From assembly GCA_965368975.1 (NCBI GenBank), contig CBDUPA010000001.1, positions 828,118-892,117 of the forward strand: a stretch of 64,000 nt of DNA, in the 5' to 3' direction. The DNA is from an uncultured bacterium. GTDB taxonomy: Bacteria > Acidobacteriota > Thermoanaerobaculia > Multivoradales > JAHZIX01. Below, one piece after another: positions 37,489 through 46,276 of the stretch (the stretch's first letter is position 1; every line of letters starts with the position of its first letter). The position numbers and the translations under genes are program-made. The notes beneath the pieces were generated by a model, which made no database searches, was not told the DNA's origin, and saw only the letters and a list, made by a program, of their open reading frames with translations.

Positions 37489-40065
37489 GTGAGCTGGCAA
37501 ATCGCGGCGGTCCTGGGGATGTTGACGCTGGCGGTGGCGCTGTTCGTCAGTGAGCGACTGCGCGTCGACGTGGTCGCCCTGCTGTTGCTGGTCAGCCTGG
37601 CTCTCAGTGGTTTGGTCGAGCCGCGGCAGGCGATTGCAGGTTTCAGCAACCCGGCTGTGGTCACGATCTGGTCGATCTTCATCCTCAGCGGTGGTCTTTC
37701 CCGAACTGGCGTTGCCAAGCTGTTGGGGCACCGTCTGCTGCGGCTGGCAGGAGACAGCGAAGTTCGATTGTTGCTGCTGATCATGACGGCTTCAGCGGTC
37801 CTGTCCGCGTTCATGAGCAACGTGGGTGTCACAGCGCTGCTGCTGCCGGTAGTGATGGATCTGGCGCGCAAGACCCGTACGCCGCCGTCCCGGCTGCTGT
37901 TGCCGCTAGCCTACAGCTCGCTCCTGGGTGGTCTCCTGACATTGATCGGTACGCCGCCCAACATCCTGGTCAGCGGCGCCTTGCACGATCGTGGCTTTCC
38001 GGCGCTGGATCTCTTCGACTTCACGGCCGTGGGAGGGGCAGTCACCGTTGCCGGCATCCTCTACATGGTTCTGATCGGTCGTCACTTCCTGCCGCGACGA
38101 AGCACGGACACCGACGCCGCGGGGCGTGGTCCAGACGACAGCGAAGAGCTACCGGGAGTCTACGACCTCAACGAGCAACTGTTCACCTTGCGCTTGCCCG
38201 CCGGCTCCCAGCTCGCCGACCGGACACTCGGCGAGAGCCGCCTGGGTTCGGCGCTGCGGCTCAACGTGCTGGCGATCCTGCGCGGTGAGAAGACGCACCT
38301 GGCTCCGCAGCCGGAGGTCCGATTGGAACCTGGTGATCGCTTGTTGGTGGCTGGCAGTCCGCGCCAAACAGCCGACTTGTTGGGGTGTCAGCAACTGGTG
38401 GCTGAGACGGCGGAAGATCTGGATACGACGCTGCTGCTGTCACAGCGCGTGCGCTTGGCGCGTGTGACGTTGCTCAGTGGCGCTCCATTGCTCGGCCGCT
38501 CGCCGCGCGAGCTGCAACTGCGCAAACGAGGCATCAACCTGCTGGCGCTGCTGCGACCGCATCACGTCACGCGGCGCCAGATTCCCCGCACCCATCTGAC
38601 CGTGGGGGACACGCTGCTGGTCCAGGCGACAGCCGAGGCGCTGGACGACCTGCGCGCGGACCCAGCCTGCCGTGTCGAGCCCGCGACCCATCACGACGTC
38701 GCCGTGCTGGACGGTCGCTTGCTGGCGCTGCGCCTACCGGCAGGTTCGCGCCTGTCGCGCGGCACGCTGGCGCAGAGCCGGCTGGGTGATGCGCTCGGCT
38801 TCAACGTCCTCGGCGTTGTGCGCGCGGCCGACACTGTGCTGATGCCGGAACCGGATTTCCGCCTGCGCGAGGACGATCTTCTGCTGGTGGAGGGCGATCG
38901 TGAGGCGGTGTCCGTGCTGCGTGGCTTGCAAGGCTTGCAAGTAGAGGAGAGCGTGCCGCGGCTGTTGGAAGAGTTGGAGAGCGAGCAGGTCGCGCTCGCC
39001 GAGGTGATTCTGTCGCCGCACACGCTCGTGGCGGACAAGACGCTGCAAGACCTGAACTTCAGGGAGAAGTTCGGCTTGCAGGTCGTGGCGGTGCGTCGCG
39101 GTGGGCGGAGCCTGCGCTCGAATCTGCGCAAGCTTCGACTTCACCTGGGGGACGCTCTGCTGGTCTATGGGGCGCGCGAGAAGGTAAGGCTGCTGGCGCG
39201 GGAGCCAGACTTCCTGGTGCTCACCGAGGAAGCTCAGGAAGTCCTGCGCACGGATCGCGCCCCGCTCGCCGTGGGCATCCTGGCAGCAGTGATCGCCACG
39301 GTGCTGCTGGGCTGGCTGCCGATTTACATCGCTTCGGTCGCCGGTGCCACGGTCATGGTGCTCAGTGGCTGCCTGTCGATGGAGGAGGCCTACCGCGACA
39401 TCGACTGGCGGGCGGTGTTCCTGATCGCTGGTATGCTGCCGCTCGGCCAGGCGATGCAAAACAGCGGTGCGGCTCTTTTCCTCGCCGCCACCGCTGTCGG
39501 GACCGTGGGGGAGCTGGGGCCGATGGTCGTGCTGGCGAGCGTCTTCCTGCTCACCGTCGTGTGTGCGCAGATCATGCCGACCGCCGCCGCCGCTGTGCTG
39601 CTGGCACCGATTGCCTTCGATACCGCCAGCCACCTGGGGTTGTCGCCGCAGGCGTTGTTGATGGCGGTAGCGATGGGAGCGTCGACCAGCTTCATGAGTC
39701 CCGTCGGTCATCCGTCCAACATCCTGGTCATGGGGCCTGGTGGCTATCGCTTCCGCGACTATTTCCGTATAGGCCTGCCCTTGACCTTGGTAGTGATGGT
39801 CGTGGTGCTGGTGGTCTTACCGCTCGTCTGGCCGCTCGCCTGGCCGCTCGCCGCCGAATCTCCCGTGTCGGCCGAGCCATCCATGCCCGGCGAGCCACCC
39901 GTGCCCGCAATACCTGCTGGCAGTACTGCGGAATCGGATGGTTCCGCCGAGATCGTGGAGCCGCTATCATTAGAGGATGAAGACCCTGCCGTTTCGCCTC
40001 CTGCTGCTCCTGTCCCTGCTCCTCCTGCCGACCGCCTGCGGTCCTGGCACACAGCCAGCTGGTGA
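37489..40065 (+). CDS. SLC13/CitMHS-type permease with TrkA-C domains, paralog 2
   Basis: Colinear, closely similar tandem duplicate starting 2 nt after the stop of paralog 1. Confidence 0.9.
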   Translation: MSWQIAAVLGMLTLAVALFVSERLRVDVVALLLLVSLALSGLVEPRQAIAGFSNPAVVTIWSIFILSGGLSRTGVAKLLGHRLLRLAGDSEVRLLLLIMTASAVLSAFMSNVGVTALLLPVVMDLARKTRTPPSRLLLPLAYSSLLGGLLTLIGTPPNILVSGALHDRGFPALDLFDFTAVGGAVTVAGILYMVLIGRHFLPRRSTDTDAAGRGPDDSEELPGVYDLNEQLFTLRLPAGSQLADRTLGESRLGSALRLNVLAILRGEKTHLAPQPEVRLEPGDRLLVAGSPRQTADLLGCQQLVAETAEDLDTTLLLSQRVRLARVTLLSGAPLLGRSPRELQLRKRGINLLALLRPHHVTRRQIPRTHLTVGDTLLVQATAEALDDLRADPACRVEPATHHDVAVLDGRLLALRLPAGSRLSRGTLAQSRLGDALGFNVLGVVRAADTVLMPEPDFRLREDDLLLVEGDREAVSVLRGLQGLQVEESVPRLLEELESEQVALAEVILSPHTLVADKTLQDLNFREKFGLQVVAVRRGGRSLRSNLRKLRLHLGDALLVYGAREKVRLLAREPDFLVLTEEAQEVLRTDRAPLAVGILAAVIATVLLGWLPIYIASVAGATVMVLSGCLSMEEAYRDIDWRAVFLIAGMLPLGQAMQNSGAALFLAATAVGTVGELGPMVVLASVFLLTVVCAQIMPTAAAAVLLAPIAFDTASHLGLSPQALLMAVAMGASTSFMSPVGHPSNILVMGPGGYRFRDYFRIGLPLTLVVMVVVLVVLPLVWPLAWPLAAESPVSAEPSMPGEPPVPAIPAGSTAESDGSAEIVEPLSLEDEDPAVSPPAAPVPAPPADRLRSWHTASW

Positions 40066-40165
40066 GCCGATGCTGGAACAGCCTGACGCCTTCAATCGCC
40101 TGTTGGCCGAGACGCTGGAGGGCCTGTCTGAGGCACCCGCGTCTGCGCCATTAACTTCCACCTGA
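39977..40165 (+). CDS. 62-aa putative lipoprotein: lipobox signal fused to an alpha/beta-hydrolase-like C-terminal helix (possible deletion relic)
   Basis: MKTLPFRLLLLLSLLLLPTA-C; then PMLEQPDAFNRLLAETL; TATCAT 6 nt before the ATG. Confidence 0.5.
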   Translation: MKTLPFRLLLLLSLLLLPTACGPGTQPAGEPMLEQPDAFNRLLAETLEGLSEAPASAPLTST

Positions 40166-40176
40166 GGCGAGGCACC

Positions 40177-43104
40177 ATGGAACAGAATCAAGCAAGCCGC
40201 GGAGCGCGGTGGATGTGCCAGCTCGGCACCCTCCAGCTCGGCACTCTCCTGCTGGGTATCCTTCTGCTGGGCATCCTTCTGCTGGGTATAGCTGCCGAGC
40301 CGAGTCGAGCGCAGACCTGCACCCCGGATGCTCAAACGCTGTGTTTGCAGGCGCAGCGCTTCGCCGTCAGCGTGACCTGGACCGACTTCTCCGATCGTAG
40401 CGGCGTGGGTACCGGCGTCAGCCTGACCGAGGATGCCGGCTACTTCTGGTTCTTCCGTCCTGGCAATGTCGAATTGGTGGTCAAGGTTCTCGACGGCCGC
40501 GGCGCCAACGGTCACTTCTGGTTCTTTTTCGGTGGCTTGAGCACCGTCGGCTATGAACTCGAAGTCACAGACACTGCCACGGGGGAGCAGCGTATCTATC
40601 GGAACCGACCTGGCGAGCTGCGCAGCTTGGCCGATGTCAGGGCGTTTCCACTCGGCTCACCGCTCTCAGCCGGAGACCTCGGAGAGGTGCCAGCCGAGTA
40701 TCTGGGTTCGCCCCCAAGGCCCGTGGTAGACAAGGTCTCGTCCGAGTGTAGCCCCAGCGACACGCGGCTGTGCCTGCAAGGTGGACGCTTCCAGGTCGAG
40801 GTCGACTGGGTCAATCCCCTGGCCGGTGACGTCGAGGGACCGGCCCAGGCCGTCGACCTGACGCCGGATGCGGGGTACTTCTGGTTTGCTCGTCCCGGAA
40901 ATGTCGAGATCGTCGTCAAGGTGCTCGACGGGCGACTGGTGAATGGAGATTTCTGGGTCTTCTGGGGAGCCCTGAGCAACCTGGACTACGAGATTCGGGT
41001 CACCGATACGCGTTCGGGACAGGTGCGCCAGTATCGCAATCCGCGGGGACGCCTGGCGAGCGGCGCCGACAACCATGCCTTTGTCCCGTCGGCGAACCCG
41101 CCGCTGGCGGCTCACATCAACGAGCCGGCGGTCGACGATCAGGAGATCAGCGCCTTCGATGTGCACATCGAGACCGATCCCTTCGCCGATCCTGATCCGG
41201 GCGATACCCACTACTGTTCGGATTTCGAGATCCTCCACCTCGACGCCGACACGCTGCAGCCGCTGGAGCGCGCCTGGGTGGCACCGTGCGTGATCGGTGC
41301 CGAGCGCGTGCACATCCACCTCGGTGACGGTCGCTTCGAGGGCAGCTTCGCGCTCCGCCAATCGCTGCTGCCAGAAGCGGTGTACCTGCTGCGCTTGCGC
41401 CACGTCGACTCGACGGGGTTGGCCGGGCCGTGGGCTGAGCGTCGCTTTCGCACCCAGCCGCAAACCGGAGTGCGCGCACTGGAGGTCGCCGACTTGGTGG
41501 TGAACGACGCCTTGTCTTGGCGTTCGCTCGACGGTGAGCCCGTGGTATTGCCGGGCTCGGAGGCCGCCGAGGTCGTGCTCGAAGGACCGCCGCCGGTGCG
41601 CTTCCTGACCCTGCGTGGGCTGGACGGTAGCAGCAACCAGGTCGACGATGCACCGCCGCTGGCACGACACGAGCCCTTGCGCGTGCGATTAGCTGCGGGC
41701 AGCGCTGCGCTGCAACTGCCGGCGACGGACTTGACGGTGACCGACAGTGGCGGTGAAACGCACACGATCTTCCTGCCAGCGGTCGATCTGCCAGCAGGGC
41801 AGTCGCAGGTCTTCTGGGTCTCGAGCAACGGCAGCACCTACCATGGGCAGGCGCCGCAGCGGATCCCGCGCTTCACCGAGCTGGCACGCTCCTCGCCGGT
41901 ACCTTGGCAGGTAATGCAGCCCGGCTACCAAGTCGAGATCGTCTCTGAAGGCTTCCAACTGCCGGTCAACCTCGCATTCTTGCCGCCGGCCGAGTTGGCG
42001 GAGCAGGACGCGGCGGGTGTCGAGCCTTCCGACCCTTGGTTCTACGTCACCGAGCTGTACGGCAACGTCAAGCTGGTCCGCCGCGACGGCAGCGTCGAGG
42101 ACTTCGCCACCGACTTGCTCAACTTCAACCCGACCGGCAATTTCCCGGGCTCGGGCGAGATGGGCGTCAGCGGTCTGGCGGTACATCCGGAGACCGGGGA
42201 CGTCTACGTCGCGCTCGTCTATGCGCAGGACCCAACGTCGCCGAACCCCATTTTCCGACCGCGCGTCGTGCGCTTCGAAGGGGTGCACCATGCGCGACAC
42301 GATGCCGAGCCGGTGACGGTACTGGATCTGGCGACGACCGCGCAGTCACCGTCGCACCAGATCTCCAACCTCAGCTTCGGTCCCGACGGCAAGCTCTACG
42401 TGCACCTGGGAGATGCGGCCCGGCCGTTCGATTCCCAGAACCTGGAGCGTTTCACCGGCAAGATCCTGCGCCTGGAGCCCGATGGCACTGCAGCGGTGGA
42501 CAATCCCTTCTACGACGAGAGCGATGGTCTGACCGCGACCGACTACCTGTACGCCTACGGCTTCCGCAATCCGTTCGGCGGTGCCTGGAGGGCCGCGGAC
42601 GGCGTGCACTACCAGGTCGAGAACGGGCCGTCCGTCGATCGCTTCGCGCGCGTCGATGCGGGGCAGAACTATGGCTGGGGCACGCCGGGCATTCCAGGCA
42701 ACGAGCTGATGGAAATCGGCGCCATCTACAACTGGCCGATCGCCCATGCACCGGTGAACCTCGCTTTTGTGCAAGCGGAAACGTTCGAGGGTAGCGGTTT
42801 TCCGGCGGCCAAGCAGGATCACGCTTTCGTCACCGAGTCCGGGCCGACCTGGGCGCCGGGACCGATGATCCGTGGCAAGCGCATCGTCGAGTTCGTGCTG
42901 GACGCCAACGGTGGTCTGGTAGCGGGGCCGCTGCCGCTGATTGAGTACAACGGTTCCGGGCGCTCGACCGCGGTCGGTCTGGCCGCCGGTCCGGACGGCC
43001 TCTACTTCAGTGACTTCTACCGTGACGTGCCGAGTGTCAGCGGTCCGGCGGGCGCCATCGAACGCGGCTCGAGGATTTTGCGCGTTCGCTACATTCAGGA
43101 CTAA
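40177..43104 (+). CDS. Secreted multidomain PQQ-dependent glucose/sorbosone dehydrogenase-family protein
   Basis: Two N-terminal LCL..RF.V.V.W...GYFWF...N.E.VVKVLDG repeats; C-terminal GSDH propeller (FGPDGKLYV..GD, GKILR, DNPF, YAYGFRNPF, GPDG.LY). Confidence 0.82.
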   Translation: MEQNQASRGARWMCQLGTLQLGTLLLGILLLGILLLGIAAEPSRAQTCTPDAQTLCLQAQRFAVSVTWTDFSDRSGVGTGVSLTEDAGYFWFFRPGNVELVVKVLDGRGANGHFWFFFGGLSTVGYELEVTDTATGEQRIYRNRPGELRSLADVRAFPLGSPLSAGDLGEVPAEYLGSPPRPVVDKVSSECSPSDTRLCLQGGRFQVEVDWVNPLAGDVEGPAQAVDLTPDAGYFWFARPGNVEIVVKVLDGRLVNGDFWVFWGALSNLDYEIRVTDTRSGQVRQYRNPRGRLASGADNHAFVPSANPPLAAHINEPAVDDQEISAFDVHIETDPFADPDPGDTHYCSDFEILHLDADTLQPLERAWVAPCVIGAERVHIHLGDGRFEGSFALRQSLLPEAVYLLRLRHVDSTGLAGPWAERRFRTQPQTGVRALEVADLVVNDALSWRSLDGEPVVLPGSEAAEVVLEGPPPVRFLTLRGLDGSSNQVDDAPPLARHEPLRVRLAAGSAALQLPATDLTVTDSGGETHTIFLPAVDLPAGQSQVFWVSSNGSTYHGQAPQRIPRFTELARSSPVPWQVMQPGYQVEIVSEGFQLPVNLAFLPPAELAEQDAAGVEPSDPWFYVTELYGNVKLVRRDGSVEDFATDLLNFNPTGNFPGSGEMGVSGLAVHPETGDVYVALVYAQDPTSPNPIFRPRVVRFEGVHHARHDAEPVTVLDLATTAQSPSHQISNLSFGPDGKLYVHLGDAARPFDSQNLERFTGKILRLEPDGTAAVDNPFYDESDGLTATDYLYAYGFRNPFGGAWRAADGVHYQVENGPSVDRFARVDAGQNYGWGTPGIPGNELMEIGAIYNWPIAHAPVNLAFVQAETFEGSGFPAAKQDHAFVTESGPTWAPGPMIRGKRIVEFVLDANGGLVAGPLPLIEYNGSGRSTAVGLAAGPDGLYFSDFYRDVPSVSGPAGAIERGSRILRVRYIQD
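40219..40290 (+). repeat. 15-bp in-frame tandem repeat (about 5 copies) in the signal peptide
   Basis: QLGTL QLGTL LLGIL LLGIL LLGI. Confidence 0.8.
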
Positions 43105-43203
43105 GAAGGCGGCCAGGGGTAGGGAGTCTCGGCGGTGCAACGTGCATAGGCGGCCGCGTCGCCGACGTGATGGACTCGGTGCGCTGGGAGTATGATCCTG
43201 AGG

Positions 43204-44211
43204 ATGAACTCCTCTCGCCCCTCGTTTCCACCGAACGGTACTTCCGAGACTTCCCCTGGGACGGCGCCGGCGAACTCGCGGACAGCGCCGGCAGCGCCCG
43301 CTCTGACGACAGCGAGTAGTGCCCTCGGTCCTCGCCTGGCGCTGATCACGACCGCGCTGCTGTTCTCGACAGGGGGCGCGGCGGTCAAGGCGACGGCGCT
43401 GAGCGGCTTCCAGGTGGCATCCCTGCGCAGCGGTGTCGCCGCTCTCGTGTTACTCCTGCTGCTGCCGGCCGCGCGCCGCGGCTGGACGCGTCGTACGCTG
43501 GTCGTTGGCGTCGCCTATGCCGTCGTCATGGTGCTGTTTGTCCTCACCAACAAGCTGACGACCGCCGCCAATGCGATCTTCCTGCAAGCCACGGCACCGC
43601 TCTATGTGCTGGGTCTGAGTCCGTGGCTCCTGGGCGAGAAAGTGCGGCGTCGCGACCTGGCCTTCATGGCCGCCTTGGTTGCTGGCATCGCTTGTTTTTT
43701 TCTCGACTTGCGCGCGCCGAGCGCCACCGCCAGCGATCCGTGGTTGGGCAATTTGTTGGGGGTCGCCCTGGGATTGGGCTGGGGTTTGACCATCTTCGGG
43801 CTACGCTGGCTCGAGTCCGGCAGCGGGCCGCAGGGCGACGCCGAGGAGCGCACCGGCAGCGCGGCCAGCGCCGTGCTGGCCGGTAACCTCTTGGCCTTCG
43901 TGGCGTGTCTGCCCATGGCGCTGTCCGCCGGCGGAGACGCCGCGCTGGCCGGTCTGCAGCTGCAGGACGCCCTGGTCGTTCTGTACCTGGGGGCCATCCA
44001 GATCGCGCTGGCGTACCGCTTGCTCACCTCCGCAGTGCGCTACGTCGGAGCCTTCGAAGCCTCGCTGCTCCTGCTCGTTGAGCCCACCTTCAGCCCGCTC
44101 TGGGCATGGTGGCTGCACGCCGAAGTGCCGGGCCTACTGGCCCTCCTCGGCGGTGCGATCATTCTGACGTCGACCGTCGCACACCTGTGGGCGGGTCGAT
44201 CTTCTTTCTGA
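43204..44211 (+). CDS. DMT/EamA-family transporter
   Basis: LFSTGG..VK, TTAANAIFLQ.TAP, LGE, EA.LL..EP...P.W.W....E.P. Confidence 0.88.
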   Translation: MNSSRPSFPPNGTSETSPGTAPANSRTAPAAPALTTASSALGPRLALITTALLFSTGGAAVKATALSGFQVASLRSGVAALVLLLLLPAARRGWTRRTLVVGVAYAVVMVLFVLTNKLTTAANAIFLQATAPLYVLGLSPWLLGEKVRRRDLAFMAALVAGIACFFLDLRAPSATASDPWLGNLLGVALGLGWGLTIFGLRWLESGSGPQGDAEERTGSAASAVLAGNLLAFVACLPMALSAGGDAALAGLQLQDALVVLYLGAIQIALAYRLLTSAVRYVGAFEASLLLLVEPTFSPLWAWWLHAEVPGLLALLGGAIILTSTVAHLWAGRSSF

Positions 44212-44298
44212 TTCCAAAGATTTTTCCCGCATTCGCTGCCTTCGGAAACCTTCTTACTGGAGGCCGACATCGGCCATGGAGGCCGAGCCAGTTTGCCG

Positions 44299-44317
44299 CC
44301 TCCAGTGGAGGTTTTTT
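44299..44317 (+). terminator. Possible weak intrinsic terminator
   Basis: CCTCC-AGT-GGAGG followed by TTTTTT, 88 nt after the EamA stop. Confidence 0.4.
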
Positions 44318-44614
44318 CCATGTTCTTTGTGCACATTTTCCTGGCCGTATTGATGCCGGAAGATCCACACCTCGGCGAGGAACTCGCCGTCGGAAGCTAC
44401 CTGGACCCCAATGGCGGTTCCGGGAATTTACACACGGGGGTGTCGACCCACTGAGGTCGACCCCACTCCACGTGGCTCGGTAGAAGGAGGGCCGGCAGCA
44501 TCTCGGTACGCATGTCCGCGGGTGCTGCCGGCCTTGTCTCGGGTGAACCGTTGCCGCAGGTTTGCTACACTGGCGCTTCCTTCGCAAGAGATTTTTGTCC
44601 CGGAGGGCAAGGCC

Positions 44615-45811
44615 ATGGAGAACGAACTCGACCGCATCGTCCGCCGAATTCTGAGAGACGCTGGTGCCTGGGACGAGCGTGCCGCCTTGGAGCGGCAAGA
44701 GGCCGAGCCCTTGCTGTCCGAGTTCGAGACGTTGTCAGTCGCCGAACGCTGGCGCCGACTGCGCGAGGACGCCCGGTACCAAACGTACGCTTTCGCACGG
44801 TTGCTCGGTGAGTGCAGCCGACGCAGGGCGCTGAGGCATCCCGCCGAGGCGAGATTCTGGGCCGAGTACAGCCTCGACGCGGCGCAACGGTTGCGTTCCG
44901 CCGACTACGATCCAGAGTTGATCGAGGATCTACGCGCCCAGTGCTGGGGGCTGCTGGCCAACGCCTACCGCGTGGCCGGAGAAGTGACAGCGGCAGAAGC
45001 GCCGATCCGGTGCGCTCGTGCGCACCTGGCGGCCGGTTCCGGTCTGCCGGCGGCGCGCGCCGAGGTGTTGACGCTCGAAGCCACGGTGCGCCTCGACCAA
45101 CGTCGCCTGGACGAGGCGGAGGAGTTGTTCGCCGAGTGCCTGTGCCTGCGACGTGAGTTGGGCGACCGTCACGCGGAAGGCCGCATCTTGGTCAGCATGG
45201 CCAACCTGCAGCGCGAGCGCGGCGCGCTCGAAGAGACCGTCAAGCTGCTCGACCAGGCCCTGGAACTGATCGAGCGCGAGCGCGAACCGCGCCTGGAATT
45301 GTGTGCTCGTCACAACTTGGCCGACAGCCTGATCGATCTGGGCCGCTTCGAGGAGTCGGCGGAGCTACTGCCCGAAGTGCGTCAGCTGGCCGACTCCGTG
45401 GGCGAGGATCTGGACCGCTTGCGCTTGCGCTGGCTGGAAGGACGCGTGGCGATCGGCCTCGGTTCGATCGACCTCGCCGAGTGCTTGCTACACGAGGCGC
45501 GCTGGGAGTTCACGCAGCGAGAGATGTACTACGACGTCGGCTTGCTGAGCCTGGAACTGGGCCTGCTCCTGATGACTGAAGGTCGCCTGCAGGAGCTACG
45601 AGAGCTGGCCACCGAGACGGTCGAGATTTTCCAGAGCCGCCAGATCCAGCGCGAGGCCACGGGGGCCATGCTCCTGTTCGCGCGTGCCGCGGCGACCGAA
45701 GAGGTCACGCGCGAGCTACTACAGAACCTGGTCGCCCGGCTGCAGGAAGCGCGAATGCAGTCCACGGGGATCCAGCCTCCAAGCCGCGACGAGCGGCCGG
45801 GTGGTCGATGA
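44615..45811 (+). CDS. TPR-repeat protein
   Basis: GGAGG RBS; helical repeats (LANAYRV.G, HNLA..L.DLGR, RLRWLEGR, YDVGLLSLEL). Confidence 0.8.
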   Translation: MENELDRIVRRILRDAGAWDERAALERQEAEPLLSEFETLSVAERWRRLREDARYQTYAFARLLGECSRRRALRHPAEARFWAEYSLDAAQRLRSADYDPELIEDLRAQCWGLLANAYRVAGEVTAAEAPIRCARAHLAAGSGLPAARAEVLTLEATVRLDQRRLDEAEELFAECLCLRRELGDRHAEGRILVSMANLQRERGALEETVKLLDQALELIEREREPRLELCARHNLADSLIDLGRFEESAELLPEVRQLADSVGEDLDRLRLRWLEGRVAIGLGSIDLAECLLHEARWEFTQREMYYDVGLLSLELGLLLMTEGRLQELRELATETVEIFQSRQIQREATGAMLLFARAAATEEVTRELLQNLVARLQEARMQSTGIQPPSRDERPGGR

Positions 45812-46218
45812 GCGACGCTCTGCCGCCGCGTCTGGTACAGCGGCTGTTGCTGGTCTACAACGCCCGTTCGGGCAAGGCCGCGGCCTTGCTCGACAGCGCT
45901 CGCAAGCTCTTCGGTGGTGGCTGCTCCCTGTGCCGCATCACCCACGGGCTGGCAACAGAGAAGGATGCCTGGCGTGACTGCCGAGAGCGCCTAGGCGTGC
46001 CGGTCGACGGTCTGCACACGGACGAGTTGAGCGCGCGGGAGCGCGCGGTTTTGCCCGGGCTCCCGGCGGTCCTGGCTGAAGTTGCCGCTGCGGACACAGG
46101 CTGCGAGCTGGTCTGTCTCGCTGGTCCCGAGGCTCTGGCGGGCTGCCGGGACGAGCCGGAGGCCTTGGAGTCGGCGTTGCGGAGGGCGGCCCAGGAGGCC
46201 GACTTGGAACTGCCGTGA
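45808..46218 (+). CDS. Conserved hypothetical protein with CxxC (VYNA.SG...CSLC.ITHG)
   Basis: ATGA overlap with the upstream gene; compact recognisable motif. Confidence 0.7.
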   Translation: MSDALPPRLVQRLLLVYNARSGKAAALLDSARKLFGGGCSLCRITHGLATEKDAWRDCRERLGVPVDGLHTDELSARERAVLPGLPAVLAEVAAADTGCELVCLAGPEALAGCRDEPEALESALRRAAQEADLELP

Positions 46219-46276
46219 CGCGAGCTACCAACCAGAGCTGGAACCCCCGCAGGCCTGTTTGCGTAGTAGAAGTGCG

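Noticed and set aside
44212-44614. ncRNA in the 400-bp intergenic region (GTCGACCC(C)ACT direct repeat, small hairpins)
   Set aside because: No recognisable RNA family; two short repeat copies are insufficient evidence.
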